Below are positions 63,626-64,000 of a stretch of 64,000 nt of DNA, piece by piece. The stretch lies in NCBI GenBank assembly GCA_025061115.1, contig JANZKC010000004.1:32001-96000 (forward strand). The letters run 5' to 3'. Under the pieces are notes generated by a model. The model was not told where the DNA came from and did not search any database. It worked only from the letters and a program-made list of their open reading frames with translations. The position numbers were made by a program, and so were the translations under genes. Source of the DNA: Candidatus Culexmicrobium cathedralense. GTDB taxonomy: Archaea; Thermoproteota; Methanomethylicia; Culexarchaeales; Culexmicrobiaceae. Within the stretch, counting starts at the first letter, position 1; the number at the start of each line of letters is the position of its first letter.

Positions 63626-64000
63626 CTTTCTCGGCAGCCTCCCATGAGAGTCCAGATTCCCCTAATATAGTATATCTATCAGGCCTTATTTTATGAGCTA
63701 TCGTTAGGGCTTTGATGATTTCGTAGTCGCTGACGCCAAGCTCCTTAGCAGTCGTTGGTGCACCTATGATCTTTAAGGTTTTTCTTATTTTCCTCCAATT
63801 TCCTCCATGAAGGTACATCATCATGATAGCTCCTACACCGCACTGCTCTCCATGCAGCGCTGGCTTCTTGGCTATCAGGTCGAGTGCGTGGCTGAAGAGG
63901 TGTTCCGATCCGCTGCAGGGCCTGCTACTTCCTGCTATGCACATTGCAATTCCACAGCTTATGAGTGCTTCAACAATTGTCCTCAAGCTTTCCGGCATCC
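63597..64000 (-). CDS. egsA: glycerol-1-phosphate dehydrogenase, 3' part (partial)
   Basis: [28 protein letters not shown]. Confidence 0.94.
   Translation of the reverse strand, partial: MPESLRTIVEALISCGIAMCIAGSSRPCSGSEHLFSHALDLIAKKPALHGEQCGVGAIMMMYLHGGNWRKIRKTLKIIGAPTTAKELGVSDYEIIKALTIAHKIRPDRYTILGESGLSWEAAEKVARITGVIE

Overview
Archaeal chromosomal window, most likely a TACK/Thermoproteota lineage outside the classic Thermoprotei: it has crenarchaeal-type gene order, Rpo8, SmAP3 and non-canonical tRNA introns, but also a PolD DP1 subunit. Most of it is housekeeping: translation superoperon, aaRSs, tRNA/rRNA modification, cdc48, fen1, sucCD, five tRNAs. The standout is a ~4.5 kb AT-rich island integrated at tRNA-Arg(TCT), bounded by a 48-bp direct repeat. 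It carries a compact sactipeptide-like RiPP cluster: an unannotated 48-aa precursor with CxxCxxCxxCxxC (28466-28612, minus), an RRE + radical SAM + SPASM maturase resembling AlbA, and an ABC exporter. The island also holds gene debris, including a piece of the DUF434 gene that hints at its origin. Other observations: two box C/D sRNA candidates (one whose two guides both match tRNA-Lys), a divergent TFB heading a Tad-like pilus operon, a PspA-like protein, a second AT-rich islet at tRNA-Val, and two perfect internal nucleotide repeats. Family calls come from motif recognition by eye; no database searches were run.
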